This document shows, in pieces, positions 26,404 to 36,296 of a stretch of 64,000 nt of DNA. The notes under the pieces were generated by a model. It saw only the letters and a list, made by a program, of their open reading frames with translations. It was not told the DNA's origin and made no database searches. Numbering within the stretch: the stretch's first letter is position 1; each line of letters opens with the position of its first letter. Position numbers and translations under genes: made by a program. Source of the DNA: a virus; the IMG/VR virus record IMGVR_UViG_3300046463_000164; one strand, written 5' to 3'.

Positions 26404-26754
26404 TTAGTTTGTTTTATTATGTGCGATATGGTCCAAAACGAACGTCGCTAGTAATAGTTGGAACATTGATATACCAAAAGCAAGATATACCATTAATTGT
26501 TGACCGGTATTAAAAAATTTGCCAGTCTCTGTAAAAAAGCAACCTACACCGTATGCTAAGTTTAGCCCGCATAGCAGCACGATTGTAATAGCGGTTACTT
26601 CCCTTTTGGAAAGTCCTGTATCTCTAAGTGATCGGAACACCCGGATTCCTTGATACGTAAGGACTAACCAAAATGCAACACTTATTATATTCAAAAGTAT
26701 CATTTCTAGTTTCCTGTTTGTGGATATGAGAGTATATACCCTCCAGAAACTCAA
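26404..26754 (-). CDS. membrane protein (3 TM), possible lysis accessory
   Basis: hydrophobicity; start probably at internal Met. Confidence 0.6.
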   Translation of the reverse strand: MSFWRVYTLISTNRKLEMILLNIISVAFWLVLTYQGIRVFRSLRDTGLSKREVTAITIVLLCGLNLAYGVGCFFTETGKFFNTGQQLMVYLAFGISMFQLLLATFVLDHIAHNKTN

Positions 26755-26770
26755 AAATGGAGAGTCTATA

Positions 26771-26797
26771 TATTTAGCAAGCTATAAATACTAAATA
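26771..26797. promoter_or_regulatory. divergent late promoters (CTAAATA on both strands, TATAAATA on +)
   Basis: T4 late consensus TATAAATA; CTAAATA also at 36247, 42396, 46283, 48816, 51724, 52675 and 52883 before late genes. Confidence 0.75.
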
Positions 26798-26826
26798 TAC
26801 CGTACCGTCTACAATAAGGGAATCAA

Positions 26827-28599
26827 ATGTCTCAAACCTACACGTCCACCGATTTCGACGATATTCTCAATTCTCTTGTGTTGTTTATGCGCAATCAAGT
26901 GGAATTTCAGGACATGAACTTCGAAGGTAGCGCAATCAGAGAGCTATTAAGAGTATTAGCATTTAACGCACAACAACAAGCATTTCAAAATAATTTTACA
27001 TATAATGAATTACAACTAGATACCGCACAGCTACGTCAAAACGTGGCTAGTATTGCTTCGCGTCTAGGATATACGCCTTCTTCACCTACTGCGGCTAAGT
27101 TGAAGGTAAACATTACTGTTACGCCTAGCGACCCCACAAGCGCTCCGGCAACCCTTGTATTGGATGGCAACAACCAGTTCTATTCTACCAAGGATGGTAA
27201 CACATACATCTTCAGTCCTGATACGGCTTACTCGGCAACTCTAGCTGGCGGCTCGTATCTGTTCACCGGTGTAAACTTGCTACAAGGCGTTTGGACGATC
27301 AACGGCTTTTTGGTGCAGACTCAGTATGGTAACGAAAGCTATGTGATCCCCAACGGCAATATTGATACCAGCACACTTGAAGTCGCCGTTAGAACGTCCG
27401 AAACGTCGGGTGATCAGACATCGTATAAGGTATTCCAAACTGCATACGATCTAGGTCCAACCTCGTTGCTGTATTTCATTCGTGAGAACAGAGACAGCTT
27501 GTATGAAATCAAGTTTGGCGATAACAAGTTTGCTAAGCGTCTGGATTACGGCAACGTCATCACCACTCGCTACTTGGTGACTCAAGGATCGGCAGGTAAC
27601 AATATCTCTGGTTTGTCTACCGTTGCGTCTATCGGCGGATTTTATGATATCGCCATCGAGCAAGTTGATGCTCGCTCTTATGGTGGCGCTGATATTGAAG
27701 ATATCGAATCGATTCGCACTCTAGCCCCAATCGCATTTGCGGCTTCAGGTAATGCAGTTACGCCGGGTGACTATGTTGGTCTAGCCAAGAAGCTATTCCC
27801 GGAAACGTCTGATGCTATCAGCTGGGGTGGTGAGGACAACGTTCCGCCAAAATATGGATATGTTTTCTTGTCCGTTATTCCTAAGAACAGCGACGTGCTA
27901 TCAAGCGATCAGAAAGATGCGCTTGTCGCCATATTAAAGCAATACAATGTTGGTTCGGTGACTCCGTTGATCGTTGATCCGGTATATACCTACATCAATG
28001 TTAACTCCACGGTGAAATATAAATCAACTCAGTTGAATATTTCTACGGATGCTTTGAAGGCGAAGGTCAGCGACTACTGCCGCACATACAGCAAATCTAA
28101 GATGGAGAAATTTGGCGGGTCTCTGGATATGTCCAATCTATCCGACTTCGTGAACACTGTTGATGCGGCTATTACCGGCAACTTCACGCAGGTGTCATAT
28201 GAGAAACGGTTTGTTCCAAGCCTGAACGTCGAAAGCTCTTACACGATTGACTTCTCGCACAAGATCACTCCAGGAACAATTGCTATCACAGGGTTTAAGG
28301 TTGCTGATGCTTATAGCGACGGTTACACTTACAGCATCTATGATGATGGTTTGGGAACACTGAAGCTGAAGAAAACTAGTGTCGCCAATACTCAAATCTT
28401 GGTAGATAACTTGGGTACTGTTGACTATACTCGCGGTTTGATCAGTATCGTTGGATTCAAACCTAACCTTCTCACTGACTTGTATATCACGGTAGCTTGC
28501 TATTGCAACCCTGCTGATGACCAGTCTATGGTTGGGGTTAAGAACTCTATTTTGAAGTTCAACACGATTAACGTTATTCCGTCGGCGGTGCTGAAATGA
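26827..28599 (+). CDS. 6: baseplate wedge protein (gp6)
   Basis: DF..I...L, D.NFEGS, LDTAQLR.NV.S.A..LGY.P, FGD, AVT..DY and WGGE motifs. Confidence 0.9.
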   Translation: MSQTYTSTDFDDILNSLVLFMRNQVEFQDMNFEGSAIRELLRVLAFNAQQQAFQNNFTYNELQLDTAQLRQNVASIASRLGYTPSSPTAAKLKVNITVTPSDPTSAPATLVLDGNNQFYSTKDGNTYIFSPDTAYSATLAGGSYLFTGVNLLQGVWTINGFLVQTQYGNESYVIPNGNIDTSTLEVAVRTSETSGDQTSYKVFQTAYDLGPTSLLYFIRENRDSLYEIKFGDNKFAKRLDYGNVITTRYLVTQGSAGNNISGLSTVASIGGFYDIAIEQVDARSYGGADIEDIESIRTLAPIAFAASGNAVTPGDYVGLAKKLFPETSDAISWGGEDNVPPKYGYVFLSVIPKNSDVLSSDQKDALVAILKQYNVGSVTPLIVDPVYTYINVNSTVKYKSTQLNISTDALKAKVSDYCRTYSKSKMEKFGGSLDMSNLSDFVNTVDAAITGNFTQVSYEKRFVPSLNVESSYTIDFSHKITPGTIAITGFKVADAYSDGYTYSIYDDGLGTLKLKKTSVANTQILVDNLGTVDYTRGLISIVGFKPNLLTDLYITVACYCNPADDQSMVGVKNSILKFNTINVIPSAVLK

Positions 28600-29402
28600 T
28601 GATCTTTGATAAGCGTATCAAGGATTTGCTGCCTGCTCATTACTCGCAGTATTATCCTAGACTGATCAAGTTTCTTGAGAAATATTACGATTGGTTGTAT
28701 CGCACATCAGGTCTATCTGAACTTGAAGTACAGGATTTGAAGAACGATACATCTTGGTTAGTTCAAGACCTTGATAAGTTCATAGCCACAGGTAAGTTGA
28801 GGTATATGGATCAGGTGACTGATCCTAATGTATTGGATACCGCTATTATTGATATCAATGGAACAGAAGCTGCCGGTGTTCAAGCAGCTATGTTGCCTGA
28901 TAACTATAATCTTGAAGACAATTTCAACGGCTTCGTTACTGCCGATGATATGGTGTTCAACGATGTCAATAATAACGACATGGAATTGACTACGGTTGAG
29001 GATAATATTCTCGATGGTTGGTTCAATTCCATGGGCTTTGATAGAATCCAACGCAATCGACTTTACGCAACGACAAACGCGGTAGATCAGGTGCTGATGC
29101 TGTCCCTATTGAAGCATATCTATGCTATCAAGGGAACAGAAACCTCTATCAAGTTGTTCTTTGATCTATATTTCAATGAGCAAGTAACAATCTTCTATCC
29201 TAAACCGTTGATCGGAGTGATAGACGATAATATGATCATTGATGGTATTCAGGTCATTCGTGATGATGAATTGTATCAGGAATATTCTTATGTGATTAAC
29301 GTGGCCAATGATCCTGCATCTTATCAGGATATATTCGACACAATCTACAAGAAATTGATCCATCCATCCGGCTTCCGGGTGGAGCTACGACAAACGACTT
29401 AA
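28596..29402 (+). CDS. baseplate wedge protein (gp7-like)
   Basis: LP....YP..I.FLE.YY, Y..KGT..S and YQEYSY..K..IHPSGF; follows gp6. Confidence 0.7.
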   Translation: MMIFDKRIKDLLPAHYSQYYPRLIKFLEKYYDWLYRTSGLSELEVQDLKNDTSWLVQDLDKFIATGKLRYMDQVTDPNVLDTAIIDINGTEAAGVQAAMLPDNYNLEDNFNGFVTADDMVFNDVNNNDMELTTVEDNILDGWFNSMGFDRIQRNRLYATTNAVDQVLMLSLLKHIYAIKGTETSIKLFFDLYFNEQVTIFYPKPLIGVIDDNMIIDGIQVIRDDELYQEYSYVINVANDPASYQDIFDTIYKKLIHPSGFRVELRQTT

Positions 29403-29475
29403 ATATAAGAGGCGTCCCATAATTGGCGACGCCTCTAATTTTATTAACTCATGGAAAATGAAATGAGAGCAAAAT

Positions 29476-31887
29476 ATGGCTGAAATCAATAATCGCTTCA
29501 GAGTTAAAAAGGGCTTAGAGGTTCAAGGGGATTCTACCTTTTCAGGTAATGTAGACGTATCAGGCGTCATTACCGTTCCTACTCTAGCCGCAACTGAAAA
29601 TTCTACAAAGGTTGCAACCACTGAGTTCGTTAGAACTGCTATTGCTAACCTAATTGCATCATCGCCTGCCGCGCTCGACACTTTGAACGAGCTTGCTGCC
29701 GCATTGGGCAATGATCCTAACTTCGCAACAACGATGACCAATGCTTTGGCGCTTAAGGCTCCATTGGCATCACCCGCGCTTACTGGAAGTCCTACTGCCC
29801 CTACTCCGCCAACTGCGGATGCTAGCACGCTACTAGCCACGACACAATACGTTAAGAATCAGGCTTATGCAACTCTAGCTTCACCTGCATTGTCTGGTAT
29901 TCCGACTTCCCCCACTGCGGCTCCAGATACTAACACAACTCAGATTGCAACGGCGGCTTTCGTTCTGGCCCAAGCTGGTACAGCTAATCCGTTGATGAAT
30001 GGAGCAGTGTCTGTTGGTACAAGCTATCGCTATTCTAGGCAAGATCACGTACACCCTATTGATACGTCTAGAGCACCGTTGGATTCTCCTGGATTGACCG
30101 GAACTCCGACATCTACCACACCGGCATTTGGTGATAATACAACTCGTATTCCTACCACTGCATTTGTTCAAGCGGCTCTAGCAGCCACCGGTATTGGTTA
30201 CGACGCAGCAGCAATTCCTGGTGGATCAACCGTATCTATTGATACTGCTACGATTCCTACCGGCATCTATGTAGTGACCTCAGCTAACACCGGCACGAAG
30301 CCTTCAGGCGATACGTCTGGTTTCTTGATCGTTAGTAGAGCAACTTCCACGGTACATCAGTTGTATGTGGATGATACTACGGCCCGTATGTGGTCGCGTG
30401 CTTATGCTAGTTCTGCATGGACGGCGTGGAGAGAAGTCGCGTACACCGATTCTCCAGCGCTTACGGGCGTTCCTACGGCTCCGACCGCAGCGGCTAATAC
30501 TAACTCTACCCAGATCGCCACGACCGCCTACGCGGATGCTATCGCGGCTCTAAAGGCCAACATCAATAACCCGGCTTTTACCGGAAACGCTACGGTAGCA
30601 GGTAGTTTGTCTACGGACGATTATGCCTTTATCGCTTTCCCGGATAATGGCAACTATATCTCGACAGCCGCATCAGTAACTGGCGCTATCAAGATCAAAC
30701 TACCGGTGTTGTACAACACAAGCCAGGTGAGCTTTGATCTAACAGTGAATGAGGCAGTTACCGACTCTTCAATGAAGATGCGCATCAGCGGATTGAATAG
30801 AGGGTCTGATAACACATGGCAGTTTGTGACCGCATATACCGCTGGTGGAGTTGCTAGCAGAATCTCTAACGTTAGATTTGGTAATGATGGTACTAGCTGC
30901 TGTATTTGGGTTGGTGAATTGGCTGATACCTGGGCGACCCCACAGATTCAAGTCAGTAACATCAGTGTGGGTAACGCTGGGGTTGCTAGTTCTTGGTTGA
31001 GTGGTTGGGCCGTATCTTATGTCACCACTTTCGATACAGTCAAGACTGGGCCTATCACTCCGAGTAAGGCTGCTGGTATCAATAGTCCTGCATTCACTGG
31101 AGTTCCGACTGCTCCGACCGCAGCACCTAATACTAACACTACTCAGATTGCAACTACGGCTTACGCAGATGCTATTGCAGTTCTAAAAGCTAATCTAGCA
31201 AGTCCGACGTTCACCGGGGTTCCTGCTGCCCCAACGGCAGCACCGAACACTAACACGACTCAGATTGCTACTACGGCTTACGCGGACGCGATTGCAGTGC
31301 TGAAGGCTAATATTGCAAGCCCGACATTTACCGGAACTCCTGCTGCTCCGACGCCAAGCCAGTTTGATAATTCTACAAAACTGGCAACTACGGCGTTCGT
31401 GAAACAGGCTCAAGGTAATGCGGCGGGTGCTCTTGCTTTCAATAGTAACCAGACTCTAACCGTTGCTCAACTAGGTTATGAGATTCAATACTATGGTCCG
31501 ACCGGTGGGGTGTTTACGCTTCCGTCATTGGCTACCATTCCAGCAGGTTATGGGTACACTATCTATAACCAAGGAGCGGGAACGCTTATAGTAACAACTG
31601 CTGGTGGTGATACCCTATACAATGGTAGTGCTATTGCTAGCATCACGTTGCAAAAGGGCGATAACCTAGTATTGAATGGTAGAGGATCGACCAGCATTGA
31701 TATTAGTGGCGGTACGGCATCTTTGCAGTTCGTACAGACTCCGACATTGGTTTCTCCTAACATGACGGGAACTCCAATCGCACCTACTCCTGCAGTTGGT
31801 GATGTGTCTACTAAGGTCGCTACCACAGCATTTGCTCAATCAGCAGCGGATAACTCTGCTATTGTTTATGCTATTGTGTTCGGTTAA
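29476..31887 (+). CDS. tail fibre protein with internal repeats
   Basis: LDTL.ELA.ALGNDPNFATT; repeated SP.(F/L)TG.PTAPT...N.TQIATTA units. Confidence 0.85.
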   Translation: MAEINNRFRVKKGLEVQGDSTFSGNVDVSGVITVPTLAATENSTKVATTEFVRTAIANLIASSPAALDTLNELAAALGNDPNFATTMTNALALKAPLASPALTGSPTAPTPPTADASTLLATTQYVKNQAYATLASPALSGIPTSPTAAPDTNTTQIATAAFVLAQAGTANPLMNGAVSVGTSYRYSRQDHVHPIDTSRAPLDSPGLTGTPTSTTPAFGDNTTRIPTTAFVQAALAATGIGYDAAAIPGGSTVSIDTATIPTGIYVVTSANTGTKPSGDTSGFLIVSRATSTVHQLYVDDTTARMWSRAYASSAWTAWREVAYTDSPALTGVPTAPTAAANTNSTQIATTAYADAIAALKANINNPAFTGNATVAGSLSTDDYAFIAFPDNGNYISTAASVTGAIKIKLPVLYNTSQVSFDLTVNEAVTDSSMKMRISGLNRGSDNTWQFVTAYTAGGVASRISNVRFGNDGTSCCIWVGELADTWATPQIQVSNISVGNAGVASSWLSGWAVSYVTTFDTVKTGPITPSKAAGINSPAFTGVPTAPTAAPNTNTTQIATTAYADAIAVLKANLASPTFTGVPAAPTAAPNTNTTQIATTAYADAIAVLKANIASPTFTGTPAAPTPSQFDNSTKLATTAFVKQAQGNAAGALAFNSNQTLTVAQLGYEIQYYGPTGGVFTLPSLATIPAGYGYTIYNQGAGTLIVTTAGGDTLYNGSAIASITLQKGDNLVLNGRGSTSIDISGGTASLQFVQTPTLVSPNMTGTPIAPTPAVGDVSTKVATTAFAQSAADNSAIVYAIVFG

Positions 31888-31941
31888 ATAACTGTAATCT
31901 CAAGGGAGAGCTTGTCTCTCCCTTTAAACTTTTGGTGATAT

Positions 31942-32277
31942 ATGACAACAAACGTTCTTAAATCATATCCAGTTGCTGCGCTGCCGGCTGGCTCGGCAGG
32001 TACAGCCTATACGGTTCCAGCGAGCACGACAGCTACAGTTATTGGATTCAGCATTGCTAATAATAGCCCCACGGCTGTAATTTCGGTTAATGTACAGTTG
32101 AAACGCGGCGCTACTTCTTACAACTGGGTGCCGCCAGGCGCTAATATTCCGGTGGGCGGTTCTCTTCAGGTAGTTGGACAAGAAGGTAAAATGGTTCTAG
32201 CTGCGGGTGACTTGCTAACGGTCACTCCTGTTGGTGGAACTGTAGATACTATCGTTTCTGTATTGGAGCAATCTTAA
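31942..32277 (+). CDS. small virion/tail-fibre associated protein
   Basis: beta-rich; after TTAAATA late promoter. Confidence 0.65.
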   Translation: MTTNVLKSYPVAALPAGSAGTAYTVPASTTATVIGFSIANNSPTAVISVNVQLKRGATSYNWVPPGANIPVGGSLQVVGQEGKMVLAAGDLLTVTPVGGTVDTIVSVLEQS

Positions 32278-32278
32278 T

Positions 32279-33379
32279 ATGAGCTTTCTCGGTAATGGCG
32301 TAGGACGCCAAATGATTATGCCGGGCCAAATCTCTCCCGGTGCAGTAGGATATCCTCAGTTGGATACCACGGTATCAACGCCTCTGGTGGGACGTAATCG
32401 CATCATCAATGGCGATATGAGAGTTGCTCAAAGAAGCTCAGCGGCATTTGCTTCAGGCGCCAACGGATATGCCGGACCCGATCGGTGGTTTGTGGGCAAT
32501 ACTGGAACCGGAGGAACTATTCAGCAACAAGTAGGGGCATTCACCATTAATGGTGTATCAACTAGTGATTGTGCCCAAATTGCTACCGTAGCCTCAACAA
32601 ATATGACTGGCGGCAATTATATCTCTGGTATTACTCAAGTTATTGAGGGATATAATTGTTTTGATCTATTGGGACAGAATGTTACAGTATCCTTTTGGTT
32701 TTATGCTACTGCGACAGGACAATATTCTGTTACACTAAGAGATTATACTGCTACGAAATCTTGCGTAATTCCTTTTACATATAATGTAGCAAATACCGGT
32801 CAGTATGTTTCAGTGACATTTCCTGCCCTACCAACTAGCATGGTTGTACCGAATTCAAGTGCTGGAGGACTTTGGTTGAACATTGGATCGTTGAATAACG
32901 GTACATACCAGACCTCTAATACAGGAACATGGCTATCGGGTAACTATTTTTCAGCAACAGGCAATGCGAATTGGCCTGGTACTATCAATGCTATTATTGC
33001 CGCGACTAATGTTCAATTGGAAGCTGGGAGCGTCGCAACGCCGTTCGAAAGACGCAGCATTGCTCAGGAATTGGCTTTGTGTCAGAGATATTACTGGGCA
33101 GCTACGATCCAAGTTGTCGGGACCATGATTTGTAATGGATCAGGCAACGCAAGCACCGGGTATCTACCATTCCCAGTACAAATGAGAGTGGCACCATCCG
33201 TGGGGTATGCAAGTGGTTCCTTCACGGTTCAACCGGGAGGCGCTTCTGTTACAGGTTACACATTAAGTTCTAATACCAACGGGTTTATTCTATCGCTTAC
33301 AACTGCTGGCGGTCTAACCATAGGCAGTGCATATCAGATGGTTGGTGGAAATGGACTTAGTGCGTCTGCTGAGCTATAA
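32279..33379 (+). CDS. tail fibre tip / receptor-binding protein, paralog 1
   Basis: RNRIINGDMRVAQR, DRW, VQLE.G..ATPFE.R...ELALCQRYY; ends SAEL. Confidence 0.75.
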   Translation: MSFLGNGVGRQMIMPGQISPGAVGYPQLDTTVSTPLVGRNRIINGDMRVAQRSSAAFASGANGYAGPDRWFVGNTGTGGTIQQQVGAFTINGVSTSDCAQIATVASTNMTGGNYISGITQVIEGYNCFDLLGQNVTVSFWFYATATGQYSVTLRDYTATKSCVIPFTYNVANTGQYVSVTFPALPTSMVVPNSSAGGLWLNIGSLNNGTYQTSNTGTWLSGNYFSATGNANWPGTINAIIAATNVQLEAGSVATPFERRSIAQELALCQRYYWAATIQVVGTMICNGSGNASTGYLPFPVQMRVAPSVGYASGSFTVQPGGASVTGYTLSSNTNGFILSLTTAGGLTIGSAYQMVGGNGLSASAEL

Positions 33380-33395
33380 AGAATAAGGATCAATT

Positions 33396-34640
33396 ATGTC
33401 AATTCTAGGAAATGCGCCTAACCTATCAACTATGCGAACGCTGGTTGAAGGTCAGGCATATAATAATCAAACTGAAATTCCTGTGCCGGGCGGATTTAAC
33501 TCTGGTATGCTTGACGTTGTAGTTGGTGGTGCCGATCTAGGTATGGCAGACTACGATGATAGTAACGGAATGAGTGTGAAGCTTAAAGTGCCTATGTCTT
33601 CGGGCACTCAGTTCAAGATCGTTGCTTGGACACCAAACCAAACTGTTGTGCATGCTGGCGGACAACTTGCTGGATTCCGTAACCGTATCATCAATGGTGA
33701 TTGTCGTATTGTTCAAAGGGTATCTGCAGCAGTTACAACCGCAGTTGGTGGAATTTATGGCGGTCCTGACCGTTGGCTCACTGCCAACACCGCAGGCGGA
33801 CAATATACGCAAGCCGCAGGAACGATTGCCTTTGGTGGAATCAACAGACCAGCAATCGTTCAAACAGTAAATACTGCAGCAACTACCGCAAACTTGACTA
33901 ATACATATTGGTATGGTATCTGTCAACGAATTGAGGGATATAACGCTTTTGATATGCTAGGTCAAACCGTCACGTTGTCGTTTATCTTCCTATCAAACGT
34001 TTCGGGAACTTTTAGTGCTTGTGTGAGGGATGGGGCTTTTGCACTTACTTGCGTCCAAACATTTACTGCGGTCGCTAACGTAGCTCAGAAGGTATCGCTT
34101 GTATTCAATATTCCATCAAACGCCAGCATTCCAGCCAACAATACTATGGGATTTGATATTTCCATCGGTACGCTAAGTTTCGGTGGTACGTGGTCAACTT
34201 CCACCCTCAACACTTGGATGTCAGGTGTTGCTAATGGATATTCAGGATCTACTAACTGGGCAGCAACAGTTGGCAACTTTATTGCAATTACAGACGTACA
34301 ATTTGAATTGGGCGCTATCGCTACCGACTTTGAGCGTAGGTCTTTGGATACAGAATATAACTTATGTAAAAGATACTTCCAAAGAGTAAAGATTGATATT
34401 GAATCTTATCAGGCAGCCAGTCAAAATGCCATCTGGACTATCAACTATCCGGTTACTATGAGAGCTGCGCCGACTCAAACGTTATGGCAAGGCATGTCGC
34501 CATCATATGGTGGGGCTATTGCAACTCCCCCAACATTCAATATGACAGCATATTCTATCGGATGTACTGCTCCTATGACCGCTACTGGCGGCACCTGGTT
34601 TGCTGTGGGATACGATGTGGCTCTCAGCGCTGAACTATAA
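33396..34640 (+). CDS. tail fibre tip / receptor-binding protein, paralog 2
   Basis: same motif set; ends LSAEL. Confidence 0.75.
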   Translation: MSILGNAPNLSTMRTLVEGQAYNNQTEIPVPGGFNSGMLDVVVGGADLGMADYDDSNGMSVKLKVPMSSGTQFKIVAWTPNQTVVHAGGQLAGFRNRIINGDCRIVQRVSAAVTTAVGGIYGGPDRWLTANTAGGQYTQAAGTIAFGGINRPAIVQTVNTAATTANLTNTYWYGICQRIEGYNAFDMLGQTVTLSFIFLSNVSGTFSACVRDGAFALTCVQTFTAVANVAQKVSLVFNIPSNASIPANNTMGFDISIGTLSFGGTWSTSTLNTWMSGVANGYSGSTNWAATVGNFIAITDVQFELGAIATDFERRSLDTEYNLCKRYFQRVKIDIESYQAASQNAIWTINYPVTMRAAPTQTLWQGMSPSYGGAIATPPTFNMTAYSIGCTAPMTATGGTWFAVGYDVALSAEL

Positions 34641-34649
34641 GGAAATTAA

Positions 34650-35594
34650 ATGTCAACAGCACAAAACCTGGCAAATCTTAGCCAAGTATATACGGCAGGA
34701 CCGTTGAGTCACCGTAATAGATTCATCAACGGCTGTATGAGAGTATCTCAGAGAGGCTCTGTTGCGCTACCTTCTAACGGGATAACATATTCAGCGGCAG
34801 ATAGATGGTATGTTTATACTCAATCGGCAGCAACCAACTCTTTTAATGACTGGGCTTGTCCCGTATCTCAAAACGCATTAAGAGTTCCGGGTGTCGCCGG
34901 GAACGCTAGTTTGGTTATAGGTCAAAAGATTGAGTCTGCTAATATCGCAGACTTAGCTGGGAAGCAAATTACCATCAGCGGCTGGGTGTCAACTCCCGTC
35001 ACAACAGTGCCTACGGTGGTATTATATTACCCAACCAATACCAAAGATGATTTCAGTGCAGTTACAGTTATATCAAGCTCCCCGATATTATCATCAATTA
35101 CTCCGTCAAGTTGGAATTATTTTAGTTTCACAACAACTTTACCAACACAAGTCACCAATGGTCTAAAAGTAGAGTTTGCTTTTGGTGCAATAACTTCAGG
35201 CACTGTGGCTATAGGCGGCATGCAGCTTGAAGCTGGTCCTGTGGCAACTAACTTTGAAATTAGACCCTTTGGATATGAACTAGCATTGTGTCAGCGCTAT
35301 TATCAATCAATATCAACAAGCGGAGCGGCATTCAATGGAGTTACAACTTCGTCTAATACCGCATATTCTTTTGGTGCCACTCTATTCGTTCCCATGAGAA
35401 TAGGTCCAACCTGTAGTCTAACCGGCACTTGGTCTCTAACCGCTCCGGCTGGGCCCTCAGGAACAGTATCTGTTGTCGCCCAGACCAATTGTAACTATTA
35501 TTTGCAGGCTTCAGGCGGAACATATACTGCAGGGCAAACTTGCTATTTCGGATCAACGGTTGGATCTTCGATCAATCTATCTGCAGAGCTATAA
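34650..35594 (+). CDS. tail fibre tip / receptor-binding protein, paralog 3
   Basis: same motif set; ends LSAEL. Confidence 0.75.
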   Translation: MSTAQNLANLSQVYTAGPLSHRNRFINGCMRVSQRGSVALPSNGITYSAADRWYVYTQSAATNSFNDWACPVSQNALRVPGVAGNASLVIGQKIESANIADLAGKQITISGWVSTPVTTVPTVVLYYPTNTKDDFSAVTVISSSPILSSITPSSWNYFSFTTTLPTQVTNGLKVEFAFGAITSGTVAIGGMQLEAGPVATNFEIRPFGYELALCQRYYQSISTSGAAFNGVTTSSNTAYSFGATLFVPMRIGPTCSLTGTWSLTAPAGPSGTVSVVAQTNCNYYLQASGGTYTAGQTCYFGSTVGSSINLSAEL

Positions 35595-35627
35595 ATATAT
35601 TTTGAATATCAATTCAGGAACAAACAA

Positions 35628-36206
35628 ATGACACAACTATATCGTGAATCCAAAAGCCACATTGATGGATCACTAATCGGCATCTTCCGCACTTCTGATA
35701 ATGCGCATATCCCTTTGGATGAGGGCAATACTGACTATGCGGCTTATCTTCAATGGGTAGCTTCGGGGAATACTCCTGACGCAGACCCATTATTTTCATT
35801 GGATGCTATCAAGGATCGTAAATGGGAAGACATTAAGAATCAAAGGGATGCTCGCAAGTCTGGCGGTGTTCTAGTTGGCACGCACTGGATCCATACTGAT
35901 GATTCTAGCCGCATCCAATGGATCGGAATAAAAGATACTGCGCGCGACTTGATCGCCGCTGGCGGTAAGATGACCGATGCTATTCCCATGCAAGGTCAGA
36001 ATCTGATGTGGAAGACAATGTCTGGCGATTTCGTGCTTGTCACGATTCAACTAGCCTTTGATGCGGTGCAAGCAACTAAGGATTTGGATGCCATTCTATT
36101 TGCATCTGCTGAATCTAAGCGAGCAGCTTTGTATGCTTCGACAACTCCAGAAACATTTGACACCACAACAGGTTGGAATAAAACCTACGATGAATCTGTA
36201 GCGTAA
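35628..36206 (+). CDS. tail fibre assembly protein (DUF4376-like)
   Basis: IP.D..N.DY..YL.W...GN; W..IK..RD; D..S; WKT. Confidence 0.7.
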   Translation: MTQLYRESKSHIDGSLIGIFRTSDNAHIPLDEGNTDYAAYLQWVASGNTPDADPLFSLDAIKDRKWEDIKNQRDARKSGGVLVGTHWIHTDDSSRIQWIGIKDTARDLIAAGGKMTDAIPMQGQNLMWKTMSGDFVLVTIQLAFDAVQATKDLDAILFASAESKRAALYASTTPETFDTTTGWNKTYDESVA

Positions 36207-36296
36207 TGAAAGGAGACACGATATCGTGTCTCCTTTTTGCTATCCACTAAATAAACTATATGATTGATAACGACACCTTCCTTCAAGGAATAGGAT

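Noticed and set aside
29476-35594. Diversity-generating retroelement or invertible tail-fibre cassette
   Set aside because: No reverse transcriptase or invertase, no adenine-specific TR/VR pair, and all paralogs share one orientation.
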